This document shows positions 1 through 9,617 of a stretch of 64,000 nucleotides of DNA, piece after piece. Every line of letters begins with the position of its first letter. Positions within the stretch are counted from its first letter, which is position 1. The notes below the pieces were generated by a model. The model worked only from the letters and a program-made list of their open reading frames with translations. It ran no database searches and was not told the DNA's origin. The translations under genes were made by a program, and so were the position numbers. This DNA is from a virus: IMG/VR virus record IMGVR_UViG_3300049027_000140, positions 34,116 to 98,115 of that record, one strand, 5' to 3'.

Positions 1-95
1 CGGCGTGGTGCCTCGGCGTGCTGCTGGCCGATGCGGTGTGGGCGGCGAGACGGGTTGTGCGGCGGTGGCGGCAGAATGGCCGCTGAGGAGGAGCG

Positions 96-338
96 ATGGC
101 GACGAAGAAGATGACGGGCAAGGACATCTCGACGGAGCAGGTGCTCGCCGCGGTGGGCGACGGCGCGACGTTCGGGGACATGTGCGCGAAGCTCGGACTG
201 CCGTGCGACTCGCGCGCGCTCGACCAGGCGCTCCAGCGGGAGAAGCGCGCGGGGCGCATCCGCCTCGGCGAAAAGCGGCGGTGGGTCAAGGCGGATGCGC
301 CGCCAGCGGCGAAGGCGAAGCGCGAGAGGTCGGCGTGA
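96..338 (+). CDS. Small basic putative winged-helix DNA-binding protein
   Basis: GAGGAGGAG RBS; helical pattern ending ALQREKRAGRIRL..RRW; overlaps next gene. Confidence 0.55.
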   Translation: MATKKMTGKDISTEQVLAAVGDGATFGDMCAKLGLPCDSRALDQALQREKRAGRIRLGEKRRWVKADAPPAAKAKRERSA

Positions 339-1141
339 CAGCTCCGAAGCTGTTCGCGCTCGCGACGCTGGTCGATTCTGGCGACCGGTTCGTCACGGTC
401 GACGCCGGCCACGCTGGTCACTTCGACCTGCACTTCAACAACCTCGTGCCGGCGGAGATCGCGGCGCTGAACGGGAAGCATCGTGCGCTCCGCGTCACCA
501 TCGAGCCCGCCTCCCCCGCCCCTTCGCCGCCTCGCTCCGCCGAGGAGATCGCGCGGGAGATGGTTCAGCCGATGACGCGGGAGGATCGCGTCGACGGCGA
601 GTTTCGCATGCTGGTGCGGGCCGGAGGCTGGCAGACCGAGGTGTCGACGCGCGCGCCAGACACGCTCGTCTGCGTCGTCGCCCGTGCCATCGAGCAGGCC
701 AACGTTGACGGCGCCGCGGCGGAGCGCGCAGCGCAGAACGAGCGACTGACTGCGCAGATTCGCGACGACTGGAAGATCCCCGCGGTCGACCATTACCGCG
801 AAGGCTTGCACCGCATATGGCGGGGCGAGCCGAACCCGCAGGCAATCGCGTGCTCGTACCTCGGCGAGGACGACCCGTCGCAGCCCCGCGACCTCGCCGG
901 CCGCATCCGCGCGCTGGTGATGGAGTACGCGGGGCGGTGGTGCGACGCAGTTGGCGATGCGGACGTGGGCGTCGAGAACGCGCTGGCCGCGCTCCGGTTT
1001 GCTCTGGCGGCTCACAACAGAGGCGGCGACGTCCAGAACCACATTCTCTGGATGAAGCAGCGAACGTGCCAGTACACGCGCAGAGCAGCCGACGAGCTCG
1101 AGGCCATCGTGCGCGAGTGCGGGGAGGAGAAGCGGTCATGA
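335..1141 (+). CDS. Hypothetical phage protein
   Basis: GTGA overlap with upstream stop; in-frame part of ORF 5..1141. Confidence 0.6.
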   Translation: MTAPKLFALATLVDSGDRFVTVDAGHAGHFDLHFNNLVPAEIAALNGKHRALRVTIEPASPAPSPPRSAEEIAREMVQPMTREDRVDGEFRMLVRAGGWQTEVSTRAPDTLVCVVARAIEQANVDGAAAERAAQNERLTAQIRDDWKIPAVDHYREGLHRIWRGEPNPQAIACSYLGEDDPSQPRDLAGRIRALVMEYAGRWCDAVGDADVGVENALAALRFALAAHNRGGDVQNHILWMKQRTCQYTRRAADELEAIVRECGEEKRS

Positions 1142-1479
1142 AGCTCAAAGTCGGCCAGACGGCGACGTGGACATCCCAGGCCGGCGGCATCGCCCGCGAG
1201 AAGACCGGGAAGGTGCTCGCGATCGTCACCGCGGGGGAGAGCCTCGGGATCGTGCGGCGGCGACTCAGGCTCGACGTGCTCCGCCGGGACGTGAAAGCGG
1301 ACGCCGACACGTCGATGTTCGATCGGTACCTCATTGAGGTCATGGTCGATCGCAAGCGCGGCGGCCCGAAGCCGGTGCTCTACGTGCCCAAGTGCTCGGT
1401 GGTCGACGCGCAGGTGGCTGCCGCGCCGGAGGCGAAGGCGCGCCAGGAGTCGTTCCGCCTCATCACGGAGGCCCTGTGA
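1138..1479 (+). CDS. Hypothetical phage protein, SH3/KOW-like
   Basis: ATGA overlap; MKLKVGQTATWTSQAGG..KTGKVLAIV beta pattern. Confidence 0.6.
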   Translation: MKLKVGQTATWTSQAGGIAREKTGKVLAIVTAGESLGIVRRRLRLDVLRRDVKADADTSMFDRYLIEVMVDRKRGGPKPVLYVPKCSVVDAQVAAAPEAKARQESFRLITEAL

Positions 1480-1704
1480 CCGCGGCCGCCCAGCTCTGCC
1501 GCTGCTGCCGCGGCGTCGGCGCCGTCGTGGAGGAGCTCCGCGCCCGCGGCTGGCGCGCCCGGCGAACGGTGGCCTGCGAGGCGCCCGGCTGCGTGGGCGG
1601 CGTCGTGACGCCCGCGGCGCTCGGGCTGAGGCTGGCGGTGAGCTGGGATGGGCTCGTGGGCGTGTGCAGGGTTGTGGAGGTGGGGCTTTGCTGAGGAGGA
1701 TGTG

Positions 1705-2139
1705 ATGGACATCGACATTCGCATCGGTCGTTTCAGGCTCTCATGGTCGTCGCGCTCATCGCTCATGCCGGAGAGCGCCCGGGAGATGGAGCAGGAACTC
1801 CTGAGCCTCCGCGCTCGGAACCGGCACATCGAGCTCAAGGAGATGGACATGCAGGACCTCCTCCGGCGCGAGCTCCGCGGCGAGCCCGAGGACGAGCCGA
1901 GCCCGCACGCGGCGAAGTGCGCGGCCGACCTGATCCGGCGCCTGAAAGAGGAGCTGGCCGAGGAGCGCTCCGGCGCGCGCGAGCTCCTCACCGGGCTGAT
2001 GAAGCGCGGAGCCACGCTCGCCCAGGTCGCGGACGCGGCCGGCGTCGAGTTGGACGAGCACCTCGACGACAACCAGATCGTCGGCGCGGTCCGGAGCCTG
2101 CGGGCGCGCACGGCGCCGCTGGTGCGGAGCGCGGCGTGA
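1705..2139 (+). CDS. Hypothetical coiled-coil protein
   Basis: GAGGAGG RBS; coupled to exonuclease gene. Confidence 0.55.
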   Translation: MDIDIRIGRFRLSWSSRSSLMPESAREMEQELLSLRARNRHIELKEMDMQDLLRRELRGEPEDEPSPHAAKCAADLIRRLKEELAEERSGARELLTGLMKRGATLAQVADAAGVELDEHLDDNQIVGAVRSLRARTAPLVRSAA

Positions 2140-2858
2140 TCCTCGCCCTCGACATCGAGACCATCCGTCACCCGGACGTCCCGGCGCCGGAGGCCGACGA
2201 GCAGGAGGACCGCTGCCCGGCGGCGCCGCATCACCGGATCGTCGCGGCGGCTGGAGTGGTGCTGGAGGAGCAGCACAAGCCGCTCTGGTACGAGGCTGAC
2301 CGCGCCGTGACGTTCGGCGAGGGCAGCACGGAGGAGCCCGTGATACTGGAGCACCTCGCGCGCGCCTTCCGGAACCGGCCGCAGCTGCTCACCTGGAACG
2401 GCGACGGCTTCGATCTGCGCGTGATCATCGCCGCGGCGATGGAGCACGGCATCCCGGTGCCGTGGCTCCTCTCCCGCGAGGTGACCTATCGATACGGCTG
2501 TGACGGCCACGAGGACCTCTGCGACACGCTCTCGCAGTACGGAGCGGCGAGGCGTGCCAAGCAGGACGCTTACGCCCGGCGGATCGGCCTGCCGGGGAAG
2601 ATGGGCGTGGATGGCGGAGACGTGGCCGCGATGGTTGCCGAGGGCCGCCTGGAGGTGCTGCGAGAGTACAACCTCCAGGACTGCGGCCAGCTCGCGGGGG
2701 TGTTCATCCGGCGCGAGTACGTGGCCGGGCGGCTGACGCTGGAGGGGTACCGGCAGAGCGCGGCGTCGCTCGTGGGCTTGATGGAGAGAACGCCGGGGCT
2801 TCGGCCGATCGTCGAGCACGAGCGGTTCAACCGGAAGCGTTTTTTGCTGGAGGGGTAG
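2136..2858 (+). CDS. 3'-5' exonuclease (DEDD, PolB-exo-like)
   Basis: ExoI LDIET, ExoII TWNGDGFD, HEDLCD, ExoIII YNLQD motifs. Confidence 0.85.
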   Translation: MILALDIETIRHPDVPAPEADEQEDRCPAAPHHRIVAAAGVVLEEQHKPLWYEADRAVTFGEGSTEEPVILEHLARAFRNRPQLLTWNGDGFDLRVIIAAAMEHGIPVPWLLSREVTYRYGCDGHEDLCDTLSQYGAARRAKQDAYARRIGLPGKMGVDGGDVAAMVAEGRLEVLREYNLQDCGQLAGVFIRREYVAGRLTLEGYRQSAASLVGLMERTPGLRPIVEHERFNRKRFLLEG

Positions 2859-3713
2859 ATGCTGACGGAATCCCAACGCGCAGCCAGGATGGCGGGGCTC
2901 GGCAGTTCGGATATCGCTGCGGTGGCCGGCGAGCACCCGTACAAGAACGCGCACGCCGTCTGGCTGGAGAAGCGCGGGCTCGTGGATCCGCAGCCCGAGA
3001 CCGACGCGACGTGGCTGGGCCACCAGATGGAGCCCATCATAGCTGCCCGGTACGCGCAGGAGATGGGCGTGCGCATCGTTCCAGGACCCGGCACGGTCGC
3101 GCATCCGGAGCACCCGTGGGCGCTCGCGACGACCGACTACGAGCATGCGGACGGCGCGCGCGTGGTCGAGTGCAAGTGGGTTGGAATGCGGCCTATGGCA
3201 CACTGGTCAATGGATGCGGACGGAGCGCCGATCTACGTGAATCTGCAAATGCAGCATCAGATGTTCGTGCGAGGCATCAACCGCGCCGACTGCGCTGTCA
3301 TCTTCGGCGCAACTGCCGAGTTCAGGATCTACGAGTTCACGCGGGACAACGGGATAATCGATGCTATCTTCCGCATCGGCCAGCGCTTCTGGCAGCGAGT
3401 GCTCGACGGCGAGCCGCCGCCCATCGACGAGACGGAGGAGGCGCGGCAGACGCTGCTCGCGCTCTACCCGACGAGCTACGCGCCGCTGAAGCCGGCGCCG
3501 CCGGAAGCTGACCGGTGGTTCCAGGAGCACGAGGCGGCGGACGCCGATGCGGAGGCGGCGCTGGCGAGGAAGAAGCTGGCGGCGAACAAGCTGCGTGAGG
3601 CGATCGGGGATGCCGTGGGGATCGAGGGTCCCTTCGGCAAGGCGACTTGGAAGGCGGACAAGAGGGGCGTGCGCACGCTGCGCACCTACCCGAGGAAGGA
3701 GCGCGCCGCGTAG
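2859..3713 (+). CDS. YqaJ/lambda-exonuclease family recombination nuclease
   Basis: R..GLGSSDIAAV.G..PY, GHQMEP, ATTD, VVECK, QMQHQM motifs. Confidence 0.92.
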   Translation: MLTESQRAARMAGLGSSDIAAVAGEHPYKNAHAVWLEKRGLVDPQPETDATWLGHQMEPIIAARYAQEMGVRIVPGPGTVAHPEHPWALATTDYEHADGARVVECKWVGMRPMAHWSMDADGAPIYVNLQMQHQMFVRGINRADCAVIFGATAEFRIYEFTRDNGIIDAIFRIGQRFWQRVLDGEPPPIDETEEARQTLLALYPTSYAPLKPAPPEADRWFQEHEAADADAEAALARKKLAANKLREAIGDAVGIEGPFGKATWKADKRGVRTLRTYPRKERAA

Positions 3714-3727
3714 GCGCGGAGGACGAG

Positions 3728-4603
3728 ATGGCGAATCAGGCACCGGCGAACATGACGACGACCAACGGCAACGGCAGCGCGGCTGTGGTGAGGGGGCCGC
3801 AGGCGCGGCTCAAGGCCATCAAAGAAGAGCTGGCCAAGGCGAGCAAGACGCTGGCGGTGCTGCTGCCGAAGCACGTCACCATCGACCGCATGGTCCGGAT
3901 CGTGACGTCATCGGTCAGCAGGACCCCTGCCCTACTCGACTGCACGCCGCAGTCGATCGTCCTCGCGACGGCGCAGGCGTGCGCGCTCGGTCTGGAGCCG
4001 GGGACCGCGCTCGGGCTCGGCTACCTCGTGCCCTTCAAGAAAGAGGCGCAGTTCATCCCAGGTTACCGCGGCCTGGCGAAGCTCGCGGTGCAGAGCGGCG
4101 AGGTGCAGTGGATCCAGTCGCGTGTTGTCTACGAGAAGGACACTTTCTCCATCGACTACGGCACCGAGCAGAAGATCGTCCACGCTCCCTTCCTCGCCGA
4201 GGAGGACGCCGGCAAGGTCATCGGCGCCTACGCGGTCGCGGAGATGAAGAACGGCGCGAAGCTGTTCGAGTTCATGACGATCGCTCAACTGGAGGGCATC
4301 CGGCGCCGCTCGAAGTCGGCGGACGACGGCCCGTGGAAGACGGACACGGAGGAGATGTACCGGAAGACGACCGTCCGCCGCCTCTGCAAGTCGCTTCCGC
4401 TCTCCGAGGAGCGCCTGGAGCGCGCACTTCACCATCAGGCGGTGGCCGAGGCCGGCGAGGCGCCCGACTACGGCGACGTGATCGAGGTGCTCGGCGACGT
4501 GGCCGAGGACGCGACGAACGGCGGCGACGGAGCGCCCGCCCCCGAGCCATCCCGCACGGACGCCGCGCGTGACCGTCTCCAGGCGCGGGCGGGCCAGTCG
4601 TGA
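3728..4603 (+). CDS. recT: RecT single-strand annealing protein
   Basis: LLDCTPQSI, LGLEP..LG.GYLVPF, QFIPGYRGL, PW.TD.EEM.RKT motifs; follows YqaJ. Confidence 0.93.
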   Translation: MANQAPANMTTTNGNGSAAVVRGPQARLKAIKEELAKASKTLAVLLPKHVTIDRMVRIVTSSVSRTPALLDCTPQSIVLATAQACALGLEPGTALGLGYLVPFKKEAQFIPGYRGLAKLAVQSGEVQWIQSRVVYEKDTFSIDYGTEQKIVHAPFLAEEDAGKVIGAYAVAEMKNGAKLFEFMTIAQLEGIRRRSKSADDGPWKTDTEEMYRKTTVRRLCKSLPLSEERLERALHHQAVAEAGEAPDYGDVIEVLGDVAEDATNGGDGAPAPEPSRTDAARDRLQARAGQS

Positions 4604-5124
4604 GCCCGGACCAGCGCGTCCAGGCTGAGCTGACGGCGATCCGGCGCGAGCTGGCCGAGATCAAGGCGCTCCTCCTGGGTGGATCGGGTGCAGCAGCGGC
4701 GCGTGGAGGGTCCGGCGCCGGCCGCGGCGGCGCGGTAGCCGACGACCGCGACCTCGATAGCGACTACGGCAACTTCAGCATCAAGCGCGATCCACCGCGC
4801 TGGGACGGGCAGAGCTACGTGGGCTACAAGCTCAGCGAGACGGAGCCCGCATACCTCGACGTCCTCGCCTCGTTCAAGGACTGGCAGGCGGACAAGGACG
4901 AGCAGCAGGACAAGCGCGACGCGAAGGGGCGGCCTACCGCGCCCATGAACCGCAAGGACGCGGCCCGCGCTCGCGGGTGGGCTACGAGGCTGCGGAATGG
5001 GTGGGCGGCTGGCGGCGGGGGCGGCGGGCACGCGAACGGTCACGGCGCCCCGTCTGGGGGCGGCTATGAGCAGCACGCGAACGGCTTCAGCGGCGGCGAC
5101 GCCGATGACGGGATCCCGTTCTGA
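4600..5124 (+). CDS. Protein with SSB-like acidic C-terminal tail (DDGIPF)
   Basis: Gly-rich linker ending GDADDGIPF; follows recT; no OB fold evident. Confidence 0.65.
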   Translation: MSPDQRVQAELTAIRRELAEIKALLLGGSGAAAARGGSGAGRGGAVADDRDLDSDYGNFSIKRDPPRWDGQSYVGYKLSETEPAYLDVLASFKDWQADKDEQQDKRDAKGRPTAPMNRKDAARARGWATRLRNGWAAGGGGGGHANGHGAPSGGGYEQHANGFSGGDADDGIPF

Positions 5125-5420
5125 TGCTCACCGCCCTCGACCTCGCCACCATCGACGCCTCCTGGGACGAGGAGCCCAGCGGCGTCCGCGCCCGCCCGCA
5201 GCGCAAGCCGCCGCTCCCGGTCCAGGCGATGCCGACCGAGGCCGTAGCGGCGCTCTACCTGCTCACGCGCTTCGAGCTGGAGGACCGCCTCGACTCCGGG
5301 CAGCGCCTGCGGGTCGAGCTCGACGGCGACGTGTTCGAGGTGGTGCGGGTGGCCGACCGGTTCGACGCGGAGGGCAGGTTCGTGGCGAAGGGCGGGCTGC
5401 GGGTGGAGAGAAAGCGATGA
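5124..5420 (+). CDS. Hypothetical protein
   Basis: TGATG coupling. Confidence 0.5.
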   Translation: MLTALDLATIDASWDEEPSGVRARPQRKPPLPVQAMPTEAVAALYLLTRFELEDRLDSGQRLRVELDGDVFEVVRVADRFDAEGRFVAKGGLRVERKR

Positions 5421-5883
5421 TCTGGGCGGCTCTGGTGGCGTTCGGGTGGCTGGTCGCGGCCGACGTGGCCGAGAGGAGGCGGCGATGATCTGGGTGGTGG
5501 CGTGGCTGATGGTATTCCGCCTCGGCTCGGCCGTGGGCGGCGATGTGGAGTGGAGGAAGTGATGAAACCGATCTTCTCGATTCAGGGCATTCTCCACCGG
5601 GACGCGCTCTCGGTGCTCGCCGGGTGCTTCTGCCTGCGGGCGATGCAGCGCCGGGACTGGGGGAAGGCGTGACGCTGGGCCAGCTCCTCTGGCTGGTCGC
5701 ACGCGGGCTCGGTATCGCCCTACTGGGAGTGCTGTGCCTGCTCCTCATCCCGGCGCACTGGCTGCTGGACCACGGCGGCCGCGGGCTCGCGCGGATGGCA
5801 GACCGCATCGTCGCGTTCGTGGCCTGGACCATCGAAGCCTTCGAGGCCTGGAAGCGCGACGTGCGGGCGACGGAGGCAAGCCT

Positions 5884-6657
5884 GTGACCGCGCCCCTTCC
5901 CTACGTTGGTATCTCCGGCCTGACGACCCGCACCGAGGTCCTCGCCGCCCGCTCGGTCTTCCCCGCGTGCGGCCGGCAGCTCATGGTCGGCGTTCTCGCC
6001 AGCGAGAAGACGCTCGCCGGCCAGCAGAACCGGTGGCACCGGCGCTATCCCCGCATCGAGAGCATCGCCGGGATCTTCAGCGACGACCCGCGCTGCCTCA
6101 ACCTGGTTCACTTCGGCGCCGACACGCCGCCAGACGCCGCGACGCTGCTGCGCCTGTTCGAGCTGGCGGGGCATCGCTGCCACGGGTTTCAATTCAATGG
6201 CGCCTGGCCCTACCGCTCGGACCTTTTCCGCCTCCACGAGGCAGCGGCGCACCGCGGGCGCGATCTGCGCGTGGTGCTCCAATGCCGGTGCGCGGGGCCC
6301 AGCGATCTCGTCTGGCTCACGGTGCCGTCGGTGGCGCACTACGGCGGGGCCATCACGGACGTGCTCGCGGATGCGTCAGGCGGCACCGGCAAGCCGCTGG
6401 AGCGCCACCACGTGGACGCGTGGCGGCAGAACGTCGCCAAGATCTGGCGCGATCGGCCGCTCGGCATCGGCATCGCCGGCGGGCTCTGCGCCGAGGCGAT
6501 CCCCGGGGTGGCCGACCTGCTGCGCGCCGGCGCATCGTGCGATGCGGAGGGCCGGCTGCGCGATGACGCCGACGGCGGCGGGCGGCTGGTGCAGGAGAAG
6601 GTCGAGGCGTACCTCGAGGCGGCAGGAGAGGCGGCCACGTCCACGCCGACCCCATGA
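5884..6657 (+). CDS. TrpF/PRAI-like TIM-barrel protein
   Basis: YVGISG, LADASGGTG, GIAGGL, S.DAEGRLR motifs. Confidence 0.75.
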   Translation: MTAPLPYVGISGLTTRTEVLAARSVFPACGRQLMVGVLASEKTLAGQQNRWHRRYPRIESIAGIFSDDPRCLNLVHFGADTPPDAATLLRLFELAGHRCHGFQFNGAWPYRSDLFRLHEAAAHRGRDLRVVLQCRCAGPSDLVWLTVPSVAHYGGAITDVLADASGGTGKPLERHHVDAWRQNVAKIWRDRPLGIGIAGGLCAEAIPGVADLLRAGASCDAEGRLRDDADGGGRLVQEKVEAYLEAAGEAATSTPTP

Positions 6658-7094
6658 CCTCCTCCCGCCCGCCGCGCTCCCCTTCCCCGCCGCCTCCTGG
6701 CACCTCGGCCACGGAGCTCCGCGAGGGCGTGCCGTGGACGGTGCTGACCGGCTGCATCACGCCGGAGGGGCTGCGCGCGTCGGCGGAGGCGTACCGGCGG
6801 CTTGGCGGCGGGGCGATCTGGGTGTTCGACACGCTCGGGGCCACGCGGTACACGCGGCCGGCGATCGGCTGCGCGCTCGACATCGCAGAGCGGGCGAGCC
6901 GCGAGCACGGGCTCCGGGTGGCGATCGTGGGCGTGCGGCCGGCGTCGGCGCTGTCGATGGGTCTCGCGGTGCTGCGGCTGCGCGGGCACCTGTTCGAGCA
7001 GCCGGTGGAGTACCTGGGCGCCGCGTCGGAAGACGAGATGCTGGCCGAGGTGCGGTGGTGGCAGGCGAAGCTGGCGGGAGGAGATGGGCGATGA
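6654..7094 (+). CDS. STAS/SpoIIAA-like protein
   Basis: LTG.IT, IWVFDT.GAT.Y, LRVAIVG alpha/beta pattern. Confidence 0.45.
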   Translation: MTSSRPPRSPSPPPPGTSATELREGVPWTVLTGCITPEGLRASAEAYRRLGGGAIWVFDTLGATRYTRPAIGCALDIAERASREHGLRVAIVGVRPASALSMGLAVLRLRGHLFEQPVEYLGAASEDEMLAEVRWWQAKLAGGDGR

Positions 7095-7312
7095 ACGACG
7101 AATCGAAGCGGTGCCAGTGCGGCGGTGTTCCGTACAAGCACCCTCCTCACCTGGAGGCGAAGCGGAAGGCGATGTGGGCCAAGAGCGTGGAGGAAGGCCG
7201 GCGTCGCCCTGACGAGGAGATGCCCGCCCTGTGCGCGGCCTGCATCTGGCGGCGCCTGACCGACGGCCTCGACGCGCGACACGACGTGAACGCCAGCGGC
7301 GGCAGCGCCTGA
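7091..7312 (+). CDS. Small Cys-containing hypothetical protein
   Basis: CQC and CAAC motifs; coupled at both ends. Confidence 0.5.
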   Translation: MNDESKRCQCGGVPYKHPPHLEAKRKAMWAKSVEEGRRRPDEEMPALCAACIWRRLTDGLDARHDVNASGGSA

Positions 7313-7770
7313 TGTCCTGCGCCGCCGTCGACCCCTTCGCCTGGCTCCCGCCGCACCTGCGCTCCGCCGGCGAGCGCTGGGCCTTCGGCTTGCGGCCGGG
7401 CGCGACCTGGTGCGTGTTCAGCATCCGCGGCGCGCTCTGGTACGGCGACGGCGCGTGCCTCGTGAGCTCGGGGCTGCCAGCGCATGGGCCGCAGTCCGCG
7501 ACGGCGCGGCTGCTGGAGGAGTACCTCGACACGGCTGCGGGCGAGCTGGCGATACCGGTGGTGCGTGGCGGCCCGGTGCGCGTGGGCGATGCGTGGATTC
7601 CGGAGGCGCATCACGGGCTGGTAGCCGAGCTCTTCCCTGGGGCGACGTGGAGCAATCCGCTCTGGTGGAGCGACTGGGAGCGAGATGCTGTGCCAGCGGC
7701 GCTCGCCAGATGCGATGGTGAAGCGGTGGCGTTGGTGCTTCCGCTGACTGGCAGTCTCGACAAGGTGTGA
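7312..7770 (+). CDS. Hypothetical protein
   Basis: TGATG coupling. Confidence 0.5.
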   Translation: MSCAAVDPFAWLPPHLRSAGERWAFGLRPGATWCVFSIRGALWYGDGACLVSSGLPAHGPQSATARLLEEYLDTAAGELAIPVVRGGPVRVGDAWIPEAHHGLVAELFPGATWSNPLWWSDWERDAVPAALARCDGEAVALVLPLTGSLDKV

Positions 7771-7812
7771 TAGGCTGTGCGGACTGACGGCGCCGCGAGG
7801 CGCGCTGGAGAG

Positions 7813-8037
7813 ATGATGAACGACCCGATTCCAATGCTCATCTGGTGTCCGCTATGCAAGGAGCGCCACATCGACCGCGGCGAGTTCGCCACGAAGCCGC
7901 ATCACACGCATTCGTGTCAGGGCTGCGGGCTGACGTGGAGACCGGCGGTCGTGGCGACGGTGGGCGTCCAGTACCTGCCAGGCTTCAAGGACGAAGATTG
8001 GCACACGGAGAAGAAGCCGGCCGCGTCGGAGACGTAG
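7813..8037 (+). CDS. Small zinc-binding phage protein
   Basis: CPLC..RHID..PHHTH.CQGC; GGAG RBS. Confidence 0.65.
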   Translation: MMNDPIPMLIWCPLCKERHIDRGEFATKPHHTHSCQGCGLTWRPAVVATVGVQYLPGFKDEDWHTEKKPAASET

Positions 8038-8078
8038 AACAAAAAAATGAGCGCGTCGCGAGTCGCTACGGAGCCAAG

Positions 8079-8303
8079 ATGGCAATCGTCGTGAAGTGGC
8101 GCAAGGACGGGACTTACCTCAGCGGTTTCTACTCGTCGCGCAAAGGTCCGCGCTTAGCCTGGAGCCGAAAGCAGTCGGAGGCGATGCTGTTTGCGACCGC
8201 CCAAGGCGCGAAAGACTGCGTGAAGGGACACCTGGGACGGTGGGGATTCATGCGAGCGCAGGTCGCGCTCGTCCGCCTCGTGCCCAAGAAGCGCGCCGCG
8301 TGA
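8079..8303 (+). CDS. Small basic hypothetical protein
   Basis: GGAG RBS; lower-GC segment. Confidence 0.55.
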   Translation: MAIVVKWRKDGTYLSGFYSSRKGPRLAWSRKQSEAMLFATAQGAKDCVKGHLGRWGFMRAQVALVRLVPKKRAA

Positions 8304-8508
8304 CCCTCCTCGCCTCGCGCTACCCGCACCTCTCCCCTGCGCACCTTGCCGATGCGGAGGAGCAGTTCCAGGCGATGCGGGCGGCGCTGAACGAGCGGAA
8401 CGGCCGCGGGCTCGGGCCGAGGCGGAGCGACGGGTGGCTGGCGGAGATGGCGGTGGATGCCGCGTTGCGGGGTGTGAAGGTGGGGTGGTTGTGGGGCGGG
8501 TGAGGAGG

Positions 8509-9081
8509 ATGATCGTGAGACACAAGGAGTTCATGGTGTCGCTGGTAGACGGCTCGCACTTCACGACGCGCGAGGTTGAGCCCCGCATCCGGACGGCGTT
8601 CGGGAAGGAGTTCGTCCCAGCAATCGAAGCCGCAAACCCGGGTGCAATCCAGGTGCTCGCCGACGAGCTGACCAAGCTGATTCAGCGCAAAGGTCGCGCG
8701 GTGGCCGAGGCCGGCGTCAACGAGTACGTCAAGGAGGCGTGCTCAGACCTGCGCGATCGGTACAACCGGGCGATCGAGGAGGCCGACGCGGAGCGTGCTG
8801 CGCTCGCCGCGGAACGCCTCCGCCTGAGCCAGTCCGACCCGCGGTTCGCATGGGCGGAGGAGCGGATCGCTGCGCTCATGGAGGAAGCGAAAGGCTCGCG
8901 CGACCGATACGCACTCCAGCAGGCAATCCGTAGCTCTGGCCTCATTGCCTTCGCTGCACTCGGGGGCACGTCCGTCGGGGCACACGCCCCGCAGCCGACC
9001 CAGGCGAGGTCCTCGTACGAGGACGATGAGGACTGGGGGAGCGAGTCGCCCAACGGCTCTTGCTGCCCGGGGGACGCATGA
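8509..9081 (+). CDS. Hypothetical protein
   Basis: GAGGAGG RBS; coiled-coil middle. Confidence 0.55.
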   Translation: MIVRHKEFMVSLVDGSHFTTREVEPRIRTAFGKEFVPAIEAANPGAIQVLADELTKLIQRKGRAVAEAGVNEYVKEACSDLRDRYNRAIEEADAERAALAAERLRLSQSDPRFAWAEERIAALMEEAKGSRDRYALQQAIRSSGLIAFAALGGTSVGAHAPQPTQARSSYEDDEDWGSESPNGSCCPGDA

Positions 9082-9617
9082 AGAGCGCCCACGCCGACCC
9101 CCTCGCCCCCTCCCCCGCGGCCTCGCCGGAGCAGCGGGAGGCGTGCCCTCCTCCGGACGACCCCCGGTTCGTCGAGTTCGACCGGATGGCGACGATGGCG
9201 CTGGCCGAGCCGGATCCAGGCGGCGACTGCCTCCGGTGCCACCTGCCGATGCGGCGACCGGACCGCGGCGACGGCGAGGATGCGACGCCGCTGTGCCACG
9301 CCTGCGCGCAGGAGGTCCTCGCGACGCTCGCGACGGCGGTGCTCGCGCTGTCGGCCGAGGTGCGGAGGCTGAGGGAGCGGGAGACGACGGCCGCGCGCGA
9401 TCGGGCGATCGGTTTGCTGGTCAGACATGGGTGGCTCGCGGCGGCTCAAGCGCTGGCCTCGGGCGCGGCTTCCGCGGCAACGATCGCGCGGCGGCTGAGG
9501 CGCAGCGAGCTGCTGCTCTGCGAGCCGGGGAACGAGGACCGCGCGTGCATTGCCGCAGTGGAGGCGCTGGCGTCCGTGGAGCCGCCGCAGGCGGGAGAGG
9601 AGCGGGAGGATGGTTGA
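9078..9617 (+). CDS. Hypothetical protein with CxxC..CxxC zinc finger
   Basis: CLRC and CHAC motifs. Confidence 0.55.
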   Translation: MKSAHADPLAPSPAASPEQREACPPPDDPRFVEFDRMATMALAEPDPGGDCLRCHLPMRRPDRGDGEDATPLCHACAQEVLATLATAVLALSAEVRRLRERETTAARDRAIGLLVRHGWLAAAQALASGAASAATIARRLRRSELLLCEPGNEDRACIAAVEALASVEPPQAGEEREDG

